Part shown: positions 32,218 through 42,640 of the stretch, piece by piece | How positions within the stretch are numbered: the stretch's first letter is position 1 | Layout of the letters: each line of letters starts with the position of its first letter | Source of the DNA: Clostridiales bacterium | Lineage (GTDB): Bacteria; Bacillota; Clostridia; Oscillospirales; Acutalibacteraceae | Length of the DNA stretch: 57,196 nt | Assembly: GCA_024693205.1 (NCBI GenBank) | Contig: JAILLJ010000080.1 | Coordinates: forward strand, 1-57,196 | Direction: 5' to 3' | Program-made: the position numbers and the translations under genes | Notes under the pieces: model-generated | Told to the model about the DNA's origin: nothing | The model's input: the letters and a program-made list of their open reading frames with translations, nothing else | Database searches by the model: none

Positions 32218-34494
32218 TCAGTCTATTTTGATAAAGCTGTTCGGTTCTACCGTGATACCGCTTACCATCTTTTCTTCACCGTTATAGTTTACGTATATCA
32301 CAGAGCCGTTTTCGTATTCCGTACAGAAAACTCCGCTCGTCTGAGTTTCGTAGTTGCCGGTGATCCTCATATCTCTCAGCTCGCACAGCGTCTCGTTCGC
32401 CTTTGTGTAGAAGTCCGCCGCGTCGTTGAGCTGGTTTTCGTAATAATACTTTCCGCCCTCTCCTATCTTTTCATAATACCATTCATACGACGGGCACGCG
32501 CCGTACTCGACGCTTCTCAGCATCGCGCGCTTGACGTCGTCGGCGGTATTGACGGGAGTTCCGGAATAATCGGCCGTACCGTGAAGTATCATCTGGACGA
32601 ACGGCACCGCCTCGTAACAGCCGCTTCTTTCGCCCGCCGCAGGCGACAGGGGAAGGTCGATAATAACGTCCGCGTTCTTTATGGCATAGAAATTACCGTT
32701 TCTTATCATAAGTCCGCGTCCGGTCGAAAGCGGGGAAATATTTTCGGCTATTATCTTTGAAGCGTCCTGCCTGTTTGTAAATCCCTTTGAAGAGTCGGAA
32801 TAAAGCAGGTCGGAGTCGTTTACGCAATAGCCGTCTATCTTATATTTTTCGGAGTCCGTCAGATATGATATTACATTTCTTTCGAGACGGGAAAGCTTCA
32901 AAAGATCCCTTTCATAGGATGCGGGACCCATCATCCCGTATATCGCGTTCGGTCTTTTGATAACGCGGCTTTCACCCGCAAGATCTTTCGCGCAGCCGAA
33001 CGGCAGAAGCCTGTCGCTGTTCCACGACATGATACTGATATCGAGGAAAAATCCCGTGCCCTGCATCCTCAAATAGTCGAGAAGATCCTTAAAGCCGCTT
33101 TTTCCGCCGAGCTTTCTCTGGATATCAACGCCGTTCTTCTTGTTTTGGTTTATCCCTCCGTCAAGGACGCCCTCGTAGCGCACGTTGATATTGTTTATGC
33201 CCTTTGCCTTCATTCGCGAGAGCATGTCCCGCGCTTCCTCAAAGGTGGTGAGAGCGTTTACCGCTTCGAGCCTGTCGGTGAGCTTTGATTTTCCCGTAGC
33301 GGAGCCGATTATGCTGAGATTGAACGGAAGGTACTCCGTCTCTTTTACCATGTCGGTCGAAATGAGCTTGCTTCTCATAAACTGCTCTCTGCACGCCGCC
33401 GCCATGCCGTCATAGTCTGCGCTGGCGCCTCCGAGGAGCCTTATACAAAGACGAATCTCATCGTCGAAGCTTTCGCCGCTTAAATATGTCACGTTGTCCC
33501 TGACCGTCTTTTCGGTCACGTTGAACTTAGCTCCGACGGTGTTGAAGCCGCTGCCGCCGCGCGCACGGTCGGCGTTAATCGTCGCGATCGCGTCGCCCGA
33601 TTCTATTATTACGGCGAAGGCGTCTTCGCCCTGCTTCGCGCCGTATGCCGGAAAAACGGCTCTCATAACGTCGCTGTCGTCGGGATCGCCGTAGACCTTA
33701 AAGCTGAGCGGCTTAAAGCTGTTATCTATCACGGCGGTCTTTATCGCCGCTCCGCAGCCGTCGGGAACGAGGATGAAATCTCCCTCCTCCGCTCTGTCGC
33801 TCGCTCCGAAAAATTCGAGCAGGCCGAGGTTTTCTATCTTTATTTCATCGTTGTCCGAAAGGTTTTTCCAATTTGCGCCGACATAAAGGTTTCCGTCCCT
33901 GAGCGCGTAGCTCACGGTCACGAGAAAAGCGATATCGGAGGACGAGAACGATCCGAGTTTGTCGCTTCCGTTCGCAAGACCCTGTTTGTTTACCTTTGAA
34001 GCGACGGTCGCGTCGGCGGTGATTATATAATTGACATTAAAGCCGTTTATGGCGTTGTTTTCCGTCGTAACGTCTACGGCGACGTTTTTGTATTTTACGC
34101 TGTCGTCCTGGGAGTTCAGGTGGTATATGTCCTTGCCCTTTATGACGTCGAGAGTCACCGTCGCGGCGGAGTTGTCATAATTCGCGTTGGACGCCGCCGG
34201 AAGCGCGTACCAGCGCTTTCTGTTGGACGTTTCGAGAAGCGCTACGCCGAAGCTGTTGTCGTCGATGTAAAGGCGCATGAGCCCCGAGCCGGCCATCGGC
34301 TCCTGGAGCCTGCTCTCGTCAATAAGATGGATGCTCTTATCCGTTACGGTCGAAAAATGCTCCGTCATTTTGCCCGTTACCGTCAGCGCATCCGGTTTTT
34401 TTCCGAAGCTGACGCAGCCCGTACATGAAAGCACGAGCGCGGCAAAGATAATCACGGCAAGAACAGCCGATACTGTCCTCTTTTTTTTCAACAA
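32218..34494 (-). CDS. Large lipoprotein of unknown function (possibly a carbohydrate-active, DUF5696-like protein; unverified)
   Basis: Lipobox LVLSCTGC after a basic N-terminus. 758 aa with no catalytic motif I can name. Segments such as ILVPDGCGAAI and NNINVRYEGVLDGGINQ recall uncharacterised glycosidase-like lipoproteins, from memory only. Its stop is 27 nt before the lipase start. Confidence 0.6.
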   Translation of the reverse strand: MLKKKRTVSAVLAVIIFAALVLSCTGCVSFGKKPDALTVTGKMTEHFSTVTDKSIHLIDESRLQEPMAGSGLMRLYIDDNSFGVALLETSNRKRWYALPAASNANYDNSAATVTLDVIKGKDIYHLNSQDDSVKYKNVAVDVTTENNAINGFNVNYIITADATVASKVNKQGLANGSDKLGSFSSSDIAFLVTVSYALRDGNLYVGANWKNLSDNDEIKIENLGLLEFFGASDRAEEGDFILVPDGCGAAIKTAVIDNSFKPLSFKVYGDPDDSDVMRAVFPAYGAKQGEDAFAVIIESGDAIATINADRARGGSGFNTVGAKFNVTEKTVRDNVTYLSGESFDDEIRLCIRLLGGASADYDGMAAACREQFMRSKLISTDMVKETEYLPFNLSIIGSATGKSKLTDRLEAVNALTTFEEARDMLSRMKAKGINNINVRYEGVLDGGINQNKKNGVDIQRKLGGKSGFKDLLDYLRMQGTGFFLDISIMSWNSDRLLPFGCAKDLAGESRVIKRPNAIYGMMGPASYERDLLKLSRLERNVISYLTDSEKYKIDGYCVNDSDLLYSDSSKGFTNRQDASKIIAENISPLSTGRGLMIRNGNFYAIKNADVIIDLPLSPAAGERSGCYEAVPFVQMILHGTADYSGTPVNTADDVKRAMLRSVEYGACPSYEWYYEKIGEGGKYYYENQLNDAADFYTKANETLCELRDMRITGNYETQTSGVFCTEYENGSVIYVNYNGEEKMVSGITVEPNSFIKID

Positions 34495-34547
34495 AGGAGC
34501 ACCTCTTATTTTACGAATTTTACTTTATCGTGACAAGCTTTTGGTCC

Positions 34548-36203
34548 TCAGCCCATTTTTTCGGGATATGTCGCGTTATCGGGACTTGCGGCGGCGATAT
34601 AATAGCCCTCTATAAGGTATTCGTCAAGATTTTCGTCGCCCTCCGGCCAATCCCATATCGCCTCGACTCCGTCCGCAAACAGCGGATAGATCTGTCCGTT
34701 TAAGTAAAGAAGGTCCATACAATAATAATCTGTTTCGCCGCGAAGACGCTTTGACATCGAACAGCTCAATATGCCGTTTTCGCGGTAAAAGATGCTTTCA
34801 AGCTTCCTTCCGTCTTTTTCGGCAAGCTTAATAAGCTTTTTTCCGCCGGGGATCGTTTCGATATCGCTCCTTCCGACCTCGATCCCGCCGTACTCCTTTA
34901 TCCCGTCAGGAGTATCGCGGAAGAAATACGGCTTATGAGTGTGTCCCACTCCAAGGCTTTCTCCCGTTTCGCTGTCCTTTAAGTCGTCGGCAAACGCAAA
35001 ATCGAACGCGCCGAGCGTGCTTATAAGCGTATCGGGAGGAAGAAACGGACTGCTTGAAGCGTTCAATATCTCAAGTCCTGTCTCAGAAATATCGAACAGT
35101 CCGACCTTTTGGCAGTCGTTGCCGACGACCTCCCAAATACCTGTCGGCAGTGCCGAGCCTGACACGAGCGGCGTCTGAAAATAGTCGTGATATGTGGAGG
35201 AAATGACGTCAAGGTCATCCGAACAAACAACATCCTTTTGAATTTTCTTTGGTTTTCCGTTTGACGGCGCGAACCACGCGGATCCGATCGCCGTCCCGTC
35301 GTAATCTTCACTTTCCTTGACGAAAGCGAACGCCTCATATGTCCCGTTTCGGTCATAGTCCGAAACGAATACAACCTGCGGCTCCTTTCCCGCTTCATCT
35401 GTCACCGACTTTTTAAAGCTCTCTTTCGCGTCTTCATATGTCTTTCTCGCTTTTTCGAGATCGATGCCGAGCTTTTCGTTTAAATAGCTGTCGGGACTTT
35501 CCTTTATATCTGTATTCATACAGTCGACGAAAGCTCTTTCGCCGGTTATCGACTTTATTTTATTTTCAAAAATACCGTCATATTTTTTATCGGTTTCAGC
35601 CAAAACGGCTTCATCCGAATGATCTGTTTTGTCCGGCCATTCGTCGCCGAACGCGCTGCCCATCAGCAAAAATCCGTTTTCATCCACACAGTAAACGTAG
35701 CCGGAATGGAACGCCGCCGTCCCGTTATCATGGCCGTCGTCCGTGTAGTAAATGCAGTTGTCGTCCGAAATACGAAAATGAACGCCCTCGGACGAATGAG
35801 GATGCGGATAAATAACGGATAGACCGGCTTTATCGGTATATGTCACAAAAAACTGCTCCGGGCTTTCTCTAAGCTCGCCTTCGTCGAGGTAAGCTGTTTT
35901 TGCGATTATTTCCGGATATCCGTCAGCGTTGATATCGGACGCGTATACGGAGCCGCCCGTCGTCGCAAAGCCGTCGAACCGTCCCAAAAACGCGGAGTAA
36001 GCTGCCGCCGCCTTTTCGGGCATGGCGGGCTGTACCTCGACCTTTTTTTCGGTCGTCGTCCTTTCGTCTTCGACTTTAGCCTCGGTCACGGTTTCGGGTT
36101 CGGTCGAAGAAGCGGCTTCCGACTCTTTGCCGCATGAGGCAAACGATAACACGGTCAAGACGGAAAGCGCGAGGGTGAATATTTTTAAAAGTGTTTTTTT
36201 CAT
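34548..36203 (-). CDS. Lipoprotein of unknown function
   Basis: Lipobox LSFASCGK, acidic low-complexity linker, one FG-GAP-like calcium loop (DINADGYPE). 551 aa; first gene of the three-gene exported operon. Confidence 0.6.
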   Translation of the reverse strand: MKKTLLKIFTLALSVLTVLSFASCGKESEAASSTEPETVTEAKVEDERTTTEKKVEVQPAMPEKAAAAYSAFLGRFDGFATTGGSVYASDINADGYPEIIAKTAYLDEGELRESPEQFFVTYTDKAGLSVIYPHPHSSEGVHFRISDDNCIYYTDDGHDNGTAAFHSGYVYCVDENGFLLMGSAFGDEWPDKTDHSDEAVLAETDKKYDGIFENKIKSITGERAFVDCMNTDIKESPDSYLNEKLGIDLEKARKTYEDAKESFKKSVTDEAGKEPQVVFVSDYDRNGTYEAFAFVKESEDYDGTAIGSAWFAPSNGKPKKIQKDVVCSDDLDVISSTYHDYFQTPLVSGSALPTGIWEVVGNDCQKVGLFDISETGLEILNASSSPFLPPDTLISTLGAFDFAFADDLKDSETGESLGVGHTHKPYFFRDTPDGIKEYGGIEVGRSDIETIPGGKKLIKLAEKDGRKLESIFYRENGILSCSMSKRLRGETDYYCMDLLYLNGQIYPLFADGVEAIWDWPEGDENLDEYLIEGYYIAAASPDNATYPEKMG

Positions 36204-36264
36204 TTCTCTTTCTCCCTTTGCTCCTTAAAATGTTCCGTCCGGCCTGTCAAACGCATTATCGCCG

Positions 36265-36309
36265 ATAAAGTTCATAAGCTCCGTTTCGGGAAGAGCCCGA
36301 AAGCGGAGC
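36265..36309 (-). terminator. Hairpin terminator after the V-ATPase operon
   Basis: Minus strand: GCTCCGCTTTCGGG-CTCTT-CCCGAAACGGAGC followed by a weak U-tract (TTATGAACTTTAT). Confidence 0.5.
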
Positions 36310-36315
36310 CTTCCG

Positions 36316-36999
36316 TCAGACCGCTATCTGTCCCTTTGCGTCGGCGGCGCGCTGAGCTTCGATATTCTGGCGCACCATGCTGTCCTTTATCTTCATAAGG
36401 CGCGTAGTCGAGCTTCTTTCGTTTTCGTCGAGCTTCATCGTGATATATTTTATCGTTTCCTCATACTGCGGGATCATTATATGCTCGAGCGCGTTTACCC
36501 TGCGGCGAGTCTTTTCGATCTCAGCCGCCATGAGCATACATGATTTTTCGATCTCGGCAAGCCGCATCATCGCCGGGAATATGTCGGAAAGCGACTTTAC
36601 CGCGACGTCGAGATCGGCTGAGGTCGACTCAAATCCGTATGAATAGATATCGTTTTCGTCGGCGGTCTTGAAGCTCATCTCGTAATTCGGGATGATAACG
36701 CTCATTACGTTCTTTTCTTTTACTTCAAGCGTAACTGACTGCGACGGAAGCATCAACGCGACGTCAAGCGCCTTGTCGCTCATCACGGAACGCGCGAGCG
36801 ACATATGGGAATTGGCCTCCGTTATGCCTGCCTCGACGCTGCGCCTCAGCTTTTTGTTTTCTCTTACAAGCTCAAGGAAACGGCGCATCAGCTCATCGCG
36901 CTTGTCCTTGAGGAGCTTATGTCCCCTGCGCGCGGTGAGAAGCTTCTTTTTCAGCTTTGTCAGCTCCATCCTCGTGGGATTGACGTTGAGCACAGCCAT
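36316..36999 (-). CDS. ntpD: V-type ATPase subunit D
   Basis: MAVLNVNPTRMELTKLKKKLLTARRGHKLLKDKRDEL is the canonical subunit-D N-terminus; last gene of the operon. Confidence 0.92.
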   Translation of the reverse strand: MAVLNVNPTRMELTKLKKKLLTARRGHKLLKDKRDELMRRFLELVRENKKLRRSVEAGITEANSHMSLARSVMSDKALDVALMLPSQSVTLEVKEKNVMSVIIPNYEMSFKTADENDIYSYGFESTSADLDVAVKSLSDIFPAMMRLAEIEKSCMLMAAEIEKTRRRVNALEHIMIPQYEETIKYITMKLDENERSSTTRLMKIKDSMVRQNIEAQRAADAKGQIAV

Positions 37000-37036
37000 T
37001 CCTTATTACCCGCCTTTCACGGAATATTTTGCCGCT

Positions 37037-38410
37037 TTATTTTTTATCGTAGTATTCGTCGAGATAGACGTCCTTGATACGCTTAAGCTCGCTTCTCGGA
37101 AGGATCCTCAGAAGCTCCCAGCCGAGATCGAGCGTCTCCTCGATCGTGCGGTTCGTGTAAAATCCCTGGGAAACATAGCGTTTTTCAAATTCGTCGGCAA
37201 ATTCGGCGTAAAGCTTATCTATATCGGTCAGCGCCGCCTCGCCCAAAACGACCATCAGTTCCTTTGCGTCCTTGCCTCTCGCATACGCGGAGAAAAGCTG
37301 ATTCATCGTATTGGCATGATCTTTTCTCGTCTTTCCTTCGCCTATTCCCTTGTCCTTAAGTCTCGACAGCGACGGCAGAACGTCGATGGGAGGCGTGATG
37401 CTCTTTCTGTGGAGGTCGCGGCTTAAAATTACCTGTCCCTCAGTAATATATCCCGTAAGGTCGGGGATAGGATGGGTCTTGTCGTCCTCGGGCATCGTAA
37501 GTATCGGTATCATCGTGATACTGCCCTTTTTGCCCCTCTGTCTGCCCGCGCGCTCATAGATGGCGGCGAGGTCCGTATACATGTAACCGGGATATCCGCG
37601 CCTGCCGGGAACCTCTTTTCTTGCCGCCGAGACCTCACGGAGAGCGTCGGCGTAGTTCGTTATATCGGTAAGGATGACAAGGACGTGCATATCCTTTTCA
37701 AAAGCCAGATATTCAGCCGCGGTCAGCGCCATCTTGGGCGTTGCGATACGTTCGATAGCGGGGTCGTTGGCGAGATTTGAGAACATGACCGTTCTGTCGA
37801 GCGCTCCCGCCTTTTTAAAGCTCTCTACAAAGAAGTTGGACTCCTCGAAGGTTATGCCCATCGCGGCAAACACGACGGCGAACTGCTCCGAGGTGCCGAG
37901 GACCTTCGCCTGTCTCGCTATCTGCGCGGCAAGGTCGGCGTGGGGAAGACCGGAAGCCGAGAAAATAGGCAGCTTCTGTCCTCTTACGAGAGTGTTGAGT
38001 CCGTCTATCGCGGAAACGCCCGTCTGGATAAACTCCTCCGGATAGCTTCTCGCCGCCGGATTCATGGGGCTTCCGTTTACGTCCATTCTTTTATCGGGGA
38101 TTATTTCGGGGCCGCCGTCGATAGGACGGCCGAGACCGTCAAAAACTCTTCCGAGCATGTCCTCGGAAACGCCGAGCTCCATCTGTCTTCCGGAAAAACG
38201 CACCTTGCTCTCGGCGAGATTTATACCGGTCGAGCTTTCAAAAAGCTGGACGAGCGCGTCGGAGCCGTTGATCTCAAGCACACGGCAGCGGCGTTTCTCG
38301 CCGTTTGAAAGCTCTATTTCGCCGAGCTCGTTGAAGGTCACGTTTTCGACGTCGCGCACAAGCATAAGAGGACCCGAGATCTCCTGGATAGTCCTGTATT
38401 CCTTAGGCAT
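37037..38410 (-). CDS. ntpB: V-type ATPase subunit B
   Basis: 457 aa with conserved blocks ([39 protein letters not shown]). Confidence 0.96.
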   Translation of the reverse strand: MPKEYRTIQEISGPLMLVRDVENVTFNELGEIELSNGEKRRCRVLEINGSDALVQLFESSTGINLAESKVRFSGRQMELGVSEDMLGRVFDGLGRPIDGGPEIIPDKRMDVNGSPMNPAARSYPEEFIQTGVSAIDGLNTLVRGQKLPIFSASGLPHADLAAQIARQAKVLGTSEQFAVVFAAMGITFEESNFFVESFKKAGALDRTVMFSNLANDPAIERIATPKMALTAAEYLAFEKDMHVLVILTDITNYADALREVSAARKEVPGRRGYPGYMYTDLAAIYERAGRQRGKKGSITMIPILTMPEDDKTHPIPDLTGYITEGQVILSRDLHRKSITPPIDVLPSLSRLKDKGIGEGKTRKDHANTMNQLFSAYARGKDAKELMVVLGEAALTDIDKLYAEFADEFEKRYVSQGFYTNRTIEETLDLGWELLRILPRSELKRIKDVYLDEYYDKK

Positions 38411-40182
38411 TAAAACTCCTCCTTCTGTGCAAGAACTCTGTTGATATCGTCGTCGACGGCTTCGATTATCCTCTTGAACTCGCTGTCGACATTCTTTTCT
38501 TCTACATATTTAAAGCGGCCTATCGCCTCTCTTGAGGGTATCACGGCAAGCTTCTCGATATCGGCGCCTGCTTCGAGAGCCTTTGAACACATATCGTAAT
38601 ATGACAAAACGGCTTTCATCATAAGATACTGCTTATTGAGCGACGCAAACGTGTCGACGTCGTTGAACGCGTCCTGCTGAAGGAAGTCCTCGCGGATGCT
38701 TCTCGCCGTCTCCATTTTAAGCCTGTCGGGAGCCGAGAGGGCGTCCATACCGACGAGCTTGACTATCTCGTCGAGCGCGGCTTCGTCGGAGAGAAGAGCC
38801 AATATCCTTCCGCGAAGCACCGTCCAATCGGGTTTAACGTGTTTATTGAACCATTCGCCCAAAGAATCGGCGTAGAGCGAATAGCTTGTAAGCCAGTTGA
38901 TAGCGGGGAAATGGCGCTTATACGCGAGCGATGAATCAAGTCCCCAGAATACCTTTACGATACGCAGAGTCGCCTGAGATACCGGCTCGGAAATATCTCC
39001 GCCGGGAGGCGAAACGGCGCCGATGACCGACAGCGCGCCGTGACGGTGGTCGCTGCCTATCGCCGTAATATTACCCGCTCTTTCGTAGAACTGAGCAAGA
39101 CGGCTTCCGAGGTAGGCGGGATAGCCCTCTTCACCGGGCATCTCCTCAAGTCTTCCCGACATTTCACGAAGAGCCTCGGCCCAGCGCGACGTCGAGTCGG
39201 CCATGAGAGCTACGGAATATCCCATATCTCTGAAATATTCCGCTATGGTGATGCCTGTATATATCGAAGCTTCACGGGCGGCGACGGGCATATCGGACGT
39301 GTTGGCGATAAGCACCGTGCGCTCCATCAGCGATTTTCCCGTATGGGGGTCGATAAGCTCCGGAAACTCGTTGAGAACGTCGGTCATTTCGTTTCCGCGC
39401 TCGCCGCAGCCTATGTAAACGACTATGTCGGCTGCCGACCATTTTGCGAGCTGATGCTGAGTTATCGTTTTTCCGCTTCCGAACGGGCCGGGAATAGCCG
39501 CCGTACCGCCCTCGGCTATCGGGAATATGGCGTCGACGTTTCTTTGTCCCGTTATAAGCGGCTCATTCGGCGAAAGCTTTTTGAAATAAGGTCTGCCCTT
39601 TCTGACAGGCCATTTCTGCATAAGCGAAAGGTCGTTTTTGTTTCCCTTTTCGTCGGTAAGAACGCATACAGCGTCGGTGACCTTGAAGTCGCCCTCTTTT
39701 ATGCCCGAAACGGTACCGCTCATCATCGGCGGAACAAGCACCTTATGGAGCACGACCTCCGTCTCCTGTACCGTTCCCAATATATCGCCGCCGATAAGCT
39801 TATCGCCGTTTTTGACTTCGGGCTTAAAATGCCATATCTTATCTCTTGAGAGCGACGGCACCTCGACGCCTCTTGAAAGGTTGTTGCCCGCTTTTTTTCT
39901 TATTTCTTCCAGCGGTCTTTGAATACCGTCGAAAATGCTTCCGATAAGTCCGGGGCCGAGCTCGACGCTAAGGGGCGCGTTTGTGGATTCGACCGGCTCG
40001 CCCGTGCCGAGTCCCGACGTCTCCTCGTAAACCTGTATCGACGCTCTGTCTCCGTGCATCTCAATTATTTCGCCTATGAGTCTCTCCTTGCTGACGCGTA
40101 CGACGTCGTACATGTCGGCGTCGCGCATTCCGGACGCCACGACAAGAGGACCCGATATCTTTGAAATCTTACCTGTACTCAT
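38410..40182 (-). CDS. ntpA: V-type ATPase catalytic subunit A
   Basis: Walker A GPFGSGKT, non-homologous-region insertion, LAEYFRD-type block ([12 protein letters not shown]), 590 aa. Confidence 0.97.
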   Translation of the reverse strand: MSTGKISKISGPLVVASGMRDADMYDVVRVSKERLIGEIIEMHGDRASIQVYEETSGLGTGEPVESTNAPLSVELGPGLIGSIFDGIQRPLEEIRKKAGNNLSRGVEVPSLSRDKIWHFKPEVKNGDKLIGGDILGTVQETEVVLHKVLVPPMMSGTVSGIKEGDFKVTDAVCVLTDEKGNKNDLSLMQKWPVRKGRPYFKKLSPNEPLITGQRNVDAIFPIAEGGTAAIPGPFGSGKTITQHQLAKWSAADIVVYIGCGERGNEMTDVLNEFPELIDPHTGKSLMERTVLIANTSDMPVAAREASIYTGITIAEYFRDMGYSVALMADSTSRWAEALREMSGRLEEMPGEEGYPAYLGSRLAQFYERAGNITAIGSDHRHGALSVIGAVSPPGGDISEPVSQATLRIVKVFWGLDSSLAYKRHFPAINWLTSYSLYADSLGEWFNKHVKPDWTVLRGRILALLSDEAALDEIVKLVGMDALSAPDRLKMETARSIREDFLQQDAFNDVDTFASLNKQYLMMKAVLSYYDMCSKALEAGADIEKLAVIPSREAIGRFKYVEEKNVDSEFKRIIEAVDDDINRVLAQKEEF

Positions 40183-40215
40183 ATTTTTAAACCAATCCTT
40201 TCAAAAGACGGTGAT

Positions 40216-40533
40216 TTACTGATCGGAAATAATGTCCGAACCGACAGCCTGCTCGACGAACCTGCTGACATTTTTCATTCCCATGCCCGTATTGTTTTTT
40301 ACGCCGGGAATGGGGATTATCGCGGGCATGACCGATTCGGCGTAATGCGCTGTCTCCGCGCCGAGCTGAGACGCCAGATCTTCCGTCACGAATATCACGG
40401 CGTATCCGTTGTCGGCAAGCTTTCTTATTGTACGCGACGCGCCGGCCGCGTCATCCTCCGGGAAAATGCTCATTCCTATCGAAGCAAAGCCGTATATGCT
40501 GTCTTTGTCTCCGACGACCGCGATATTATGCAT
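40216..40533 (-). CDS. ntpG: V-type ATPase subunit F
   Basis: 105 aa. IAVVGDKDSIYGFASIGM...VIFVTEDLA...PAIIPIPG matches the subunit-F pattern. Named ntpG under the Enterococcus hirae convention. Confidence 0.85.
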   Translation of the reverse strand: MHNIAVVGDKDSIYGFASIGMSIFPEDDAAGASRTIRKLADNGYAVIFVTEDLASQLGAETAHYAESVMPAIIPIPGVKNNTGMGMKNVSRFVEQAVGSDIISDQ

Positions 40534-41500
40534 AAGCCTTCCTCACTCTCTCGGTTATTACGCTTTCCGGACGACCGTTTTGCTTCGCGGAAATAATTAT
40601 CCTGACGTTTTTTATCTCGGTGTCCTTGGCGAGATAATATGCGATAAGCGGCTCCGCTCCGAACGGAGAGGATCTCGCCGAGCCTATCTTTGACGTCACC
40701 GCGTCGTCGCACCACTTTTCAAAAGCGGCATTGCCCTCCTTTACGGCGTCGGCGGCGCCCGATGGTCCCGCCGTTTCAAGAAGCGAAACGATCTCGTCCC
40801 TGCCCTTCAGGGCGGCTTCGATGATACGTCCGACTTCGATAATGCTGTTGTCCGCCATGGCGCGTCTCATGAACTTTCCGTCCTTGCCCGCGGCGGCGCT
40901 TCTCAGAGCGGTCTTTATGTCGGCACTGAAGCATTTAAGCTCCGATATCTCGTAAAGGAGCTTTGACTTCGTCATGCGCGCATATTCCGTCCTCTTTTCC
41001 ATGCAGTACCTGTCGACTATCAGGTCGACGAGCATACCGCTGCCGGAATTTGTGGCGGCCGCCTCGTACGCGTCCCTTGCGGCGTCGCGCAAAAAGGGAG
41101 GGATGTTTTCAAAGTTTTTATTTCTTATATCGTCGTCTACCTTCTTAGGATCGGCGACGCTCGGAGAAATAAAATACGGCTCCGCACTCTGATTGAGTAT
41201 AAGGCATTTTATCGACGCCTTTAGGTTATGAAAATCGTTTGACAAGATGAGCGTGTCGAAAATTTTGATATCGGGAGCCGCCTCCTTGAGGAGCGTCCAC
41301 GCTTTGTCGGCCTCCTCCTCAAGCATAGCGGAGCAGTCCGTTCCGTTTTCGGGCACGTTCCAGCCCTTGTCGGCAAGGAGCCTTAAAGCCTGATCGACGC
41401 CGTCGGCGGAAACAAGCTGATCGAATTCCTGCTCCGTAAGAAGCGAAAGCTCGTTATATCTTATTTTTGCTACGGCAAACGCGTAGTTTGTATCAAGCAT
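40526..41500 (-). CDS. ntpC: V-type ATPase subunit C (d-type)
   Basis: 324 aa, helical, positioned between E and F as in ntpFIKECGABD. It overlaps the F gene by 8 nt. Confidence 0.8.
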   Translation of the reverse strand: MLDTNYAFAVAKIRYNELSLLTEQEFDQLVSADGVDQALRLLADKGWNVPENGTDCSAMLEEEADKAWTLLKEAAPDIKIFDTLILSNDFHNLKASIKCLILNQSAEPYFISPSVADPKKVDDDIRNKNFENIPPFLRDAARDAYEAAATNSGSGMLVDLIVDRYCMEKRTEYARMTKSKLLYEISELKCFSADIKTALRSAAAGKDGKFMRRAMADNSIIEVGRIIEAALKGRDEIVSLLETAGPSGAADAVKEGNAAFEKWCDDAVTSKIGSARSSPFGAEPLIAYYLAKDTEIKNVRIIISAKQNGRPESVITERVRKAYA

Positions 41501-41518
41501 TTTTAAGCTCTCCCGTCC

Positions 41519-42106
41519 TTAAAAGATTATAGAACAGATCTTTTCCTTAAGCTCGTCTCTTTTATCCGCCGCCAAAGCATCGAACGAGCAGTTGATGTCG
41601 ATATCTCCGTAAGAGAGGATAAATCCCCCGTCGATGTCGACGCTCTTGTCTCCGGCTTCTATGGAATATCCGTCGGATAGACTTAAATTTATTTTCCCGA
41701 TAAAATCGGACGGCATGGCGCTTCTGTCCTTTTCGGAGAGGTATAATACCCCTCTCCCCTTTCGAGCATTGAAAACAGCAAGGGACGAAAGGACCTTGAA
41801 GTATTCGTCCTTTCTCATCCTCTTAAGCTCGGAAAGCGCTCTGTCGAGCGACTCGTTCACCGCCTCGATCCTGTAGCGCAGAAGCGTCTGGCGCTCTATC
41901 TGCTGAGCCGCCGACTCACCGCGCTGCCTGATCTCATCGGCGTGAGCCTTTGCCTTTTCGATTATATCGTTTACCTTCTTTTCGCGTGACGGCCCGGCAG
42001 AGGCGTCAAGCTCCTTCGCCTTGTCTTTTGCGGAACTGATTATTGCTTCACATTCCGCCCTGCCGTCGGCTTCTATTTTTTCGATGATCTTATCAAGTCC
42101 GGTCAT
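41519..42106 (-). CDS. ntpE: V-type ATPase subunit E
   Basis: N-terminal charged coiled coil (KIIEKIEADGRAECEAIISSAKDKAKE) and a C-terminal globular part. ATG 42106 lies 7 nt after GGAGTG; the ORF-track TTG at 42121 is less likely. Confidence 0.82.
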   Translation of the reverse strand: MTGLDKIIEKIEADGRAECEAIISSAKDKAKELDASAGPSREKKVNDIIEKAKAHADEIRQRGESAAQQIERQTLLRYRIEAVNESLDRALSELKRMRKDEYFKVLSSLAVFNARKGRGVLYLSEKDRSAMPSDFIGKINLSLSDGYSIEAGDKSVDIDGGFILSYGDIDINCSFDALAADKRDELKEKICSIIF

Positions 42107-42148
42107 ATATCGGCACTCCAAACTTTAATTTAATGATTTGTTCGGAAA

Positions 42149-42640
<492 letters not shown>

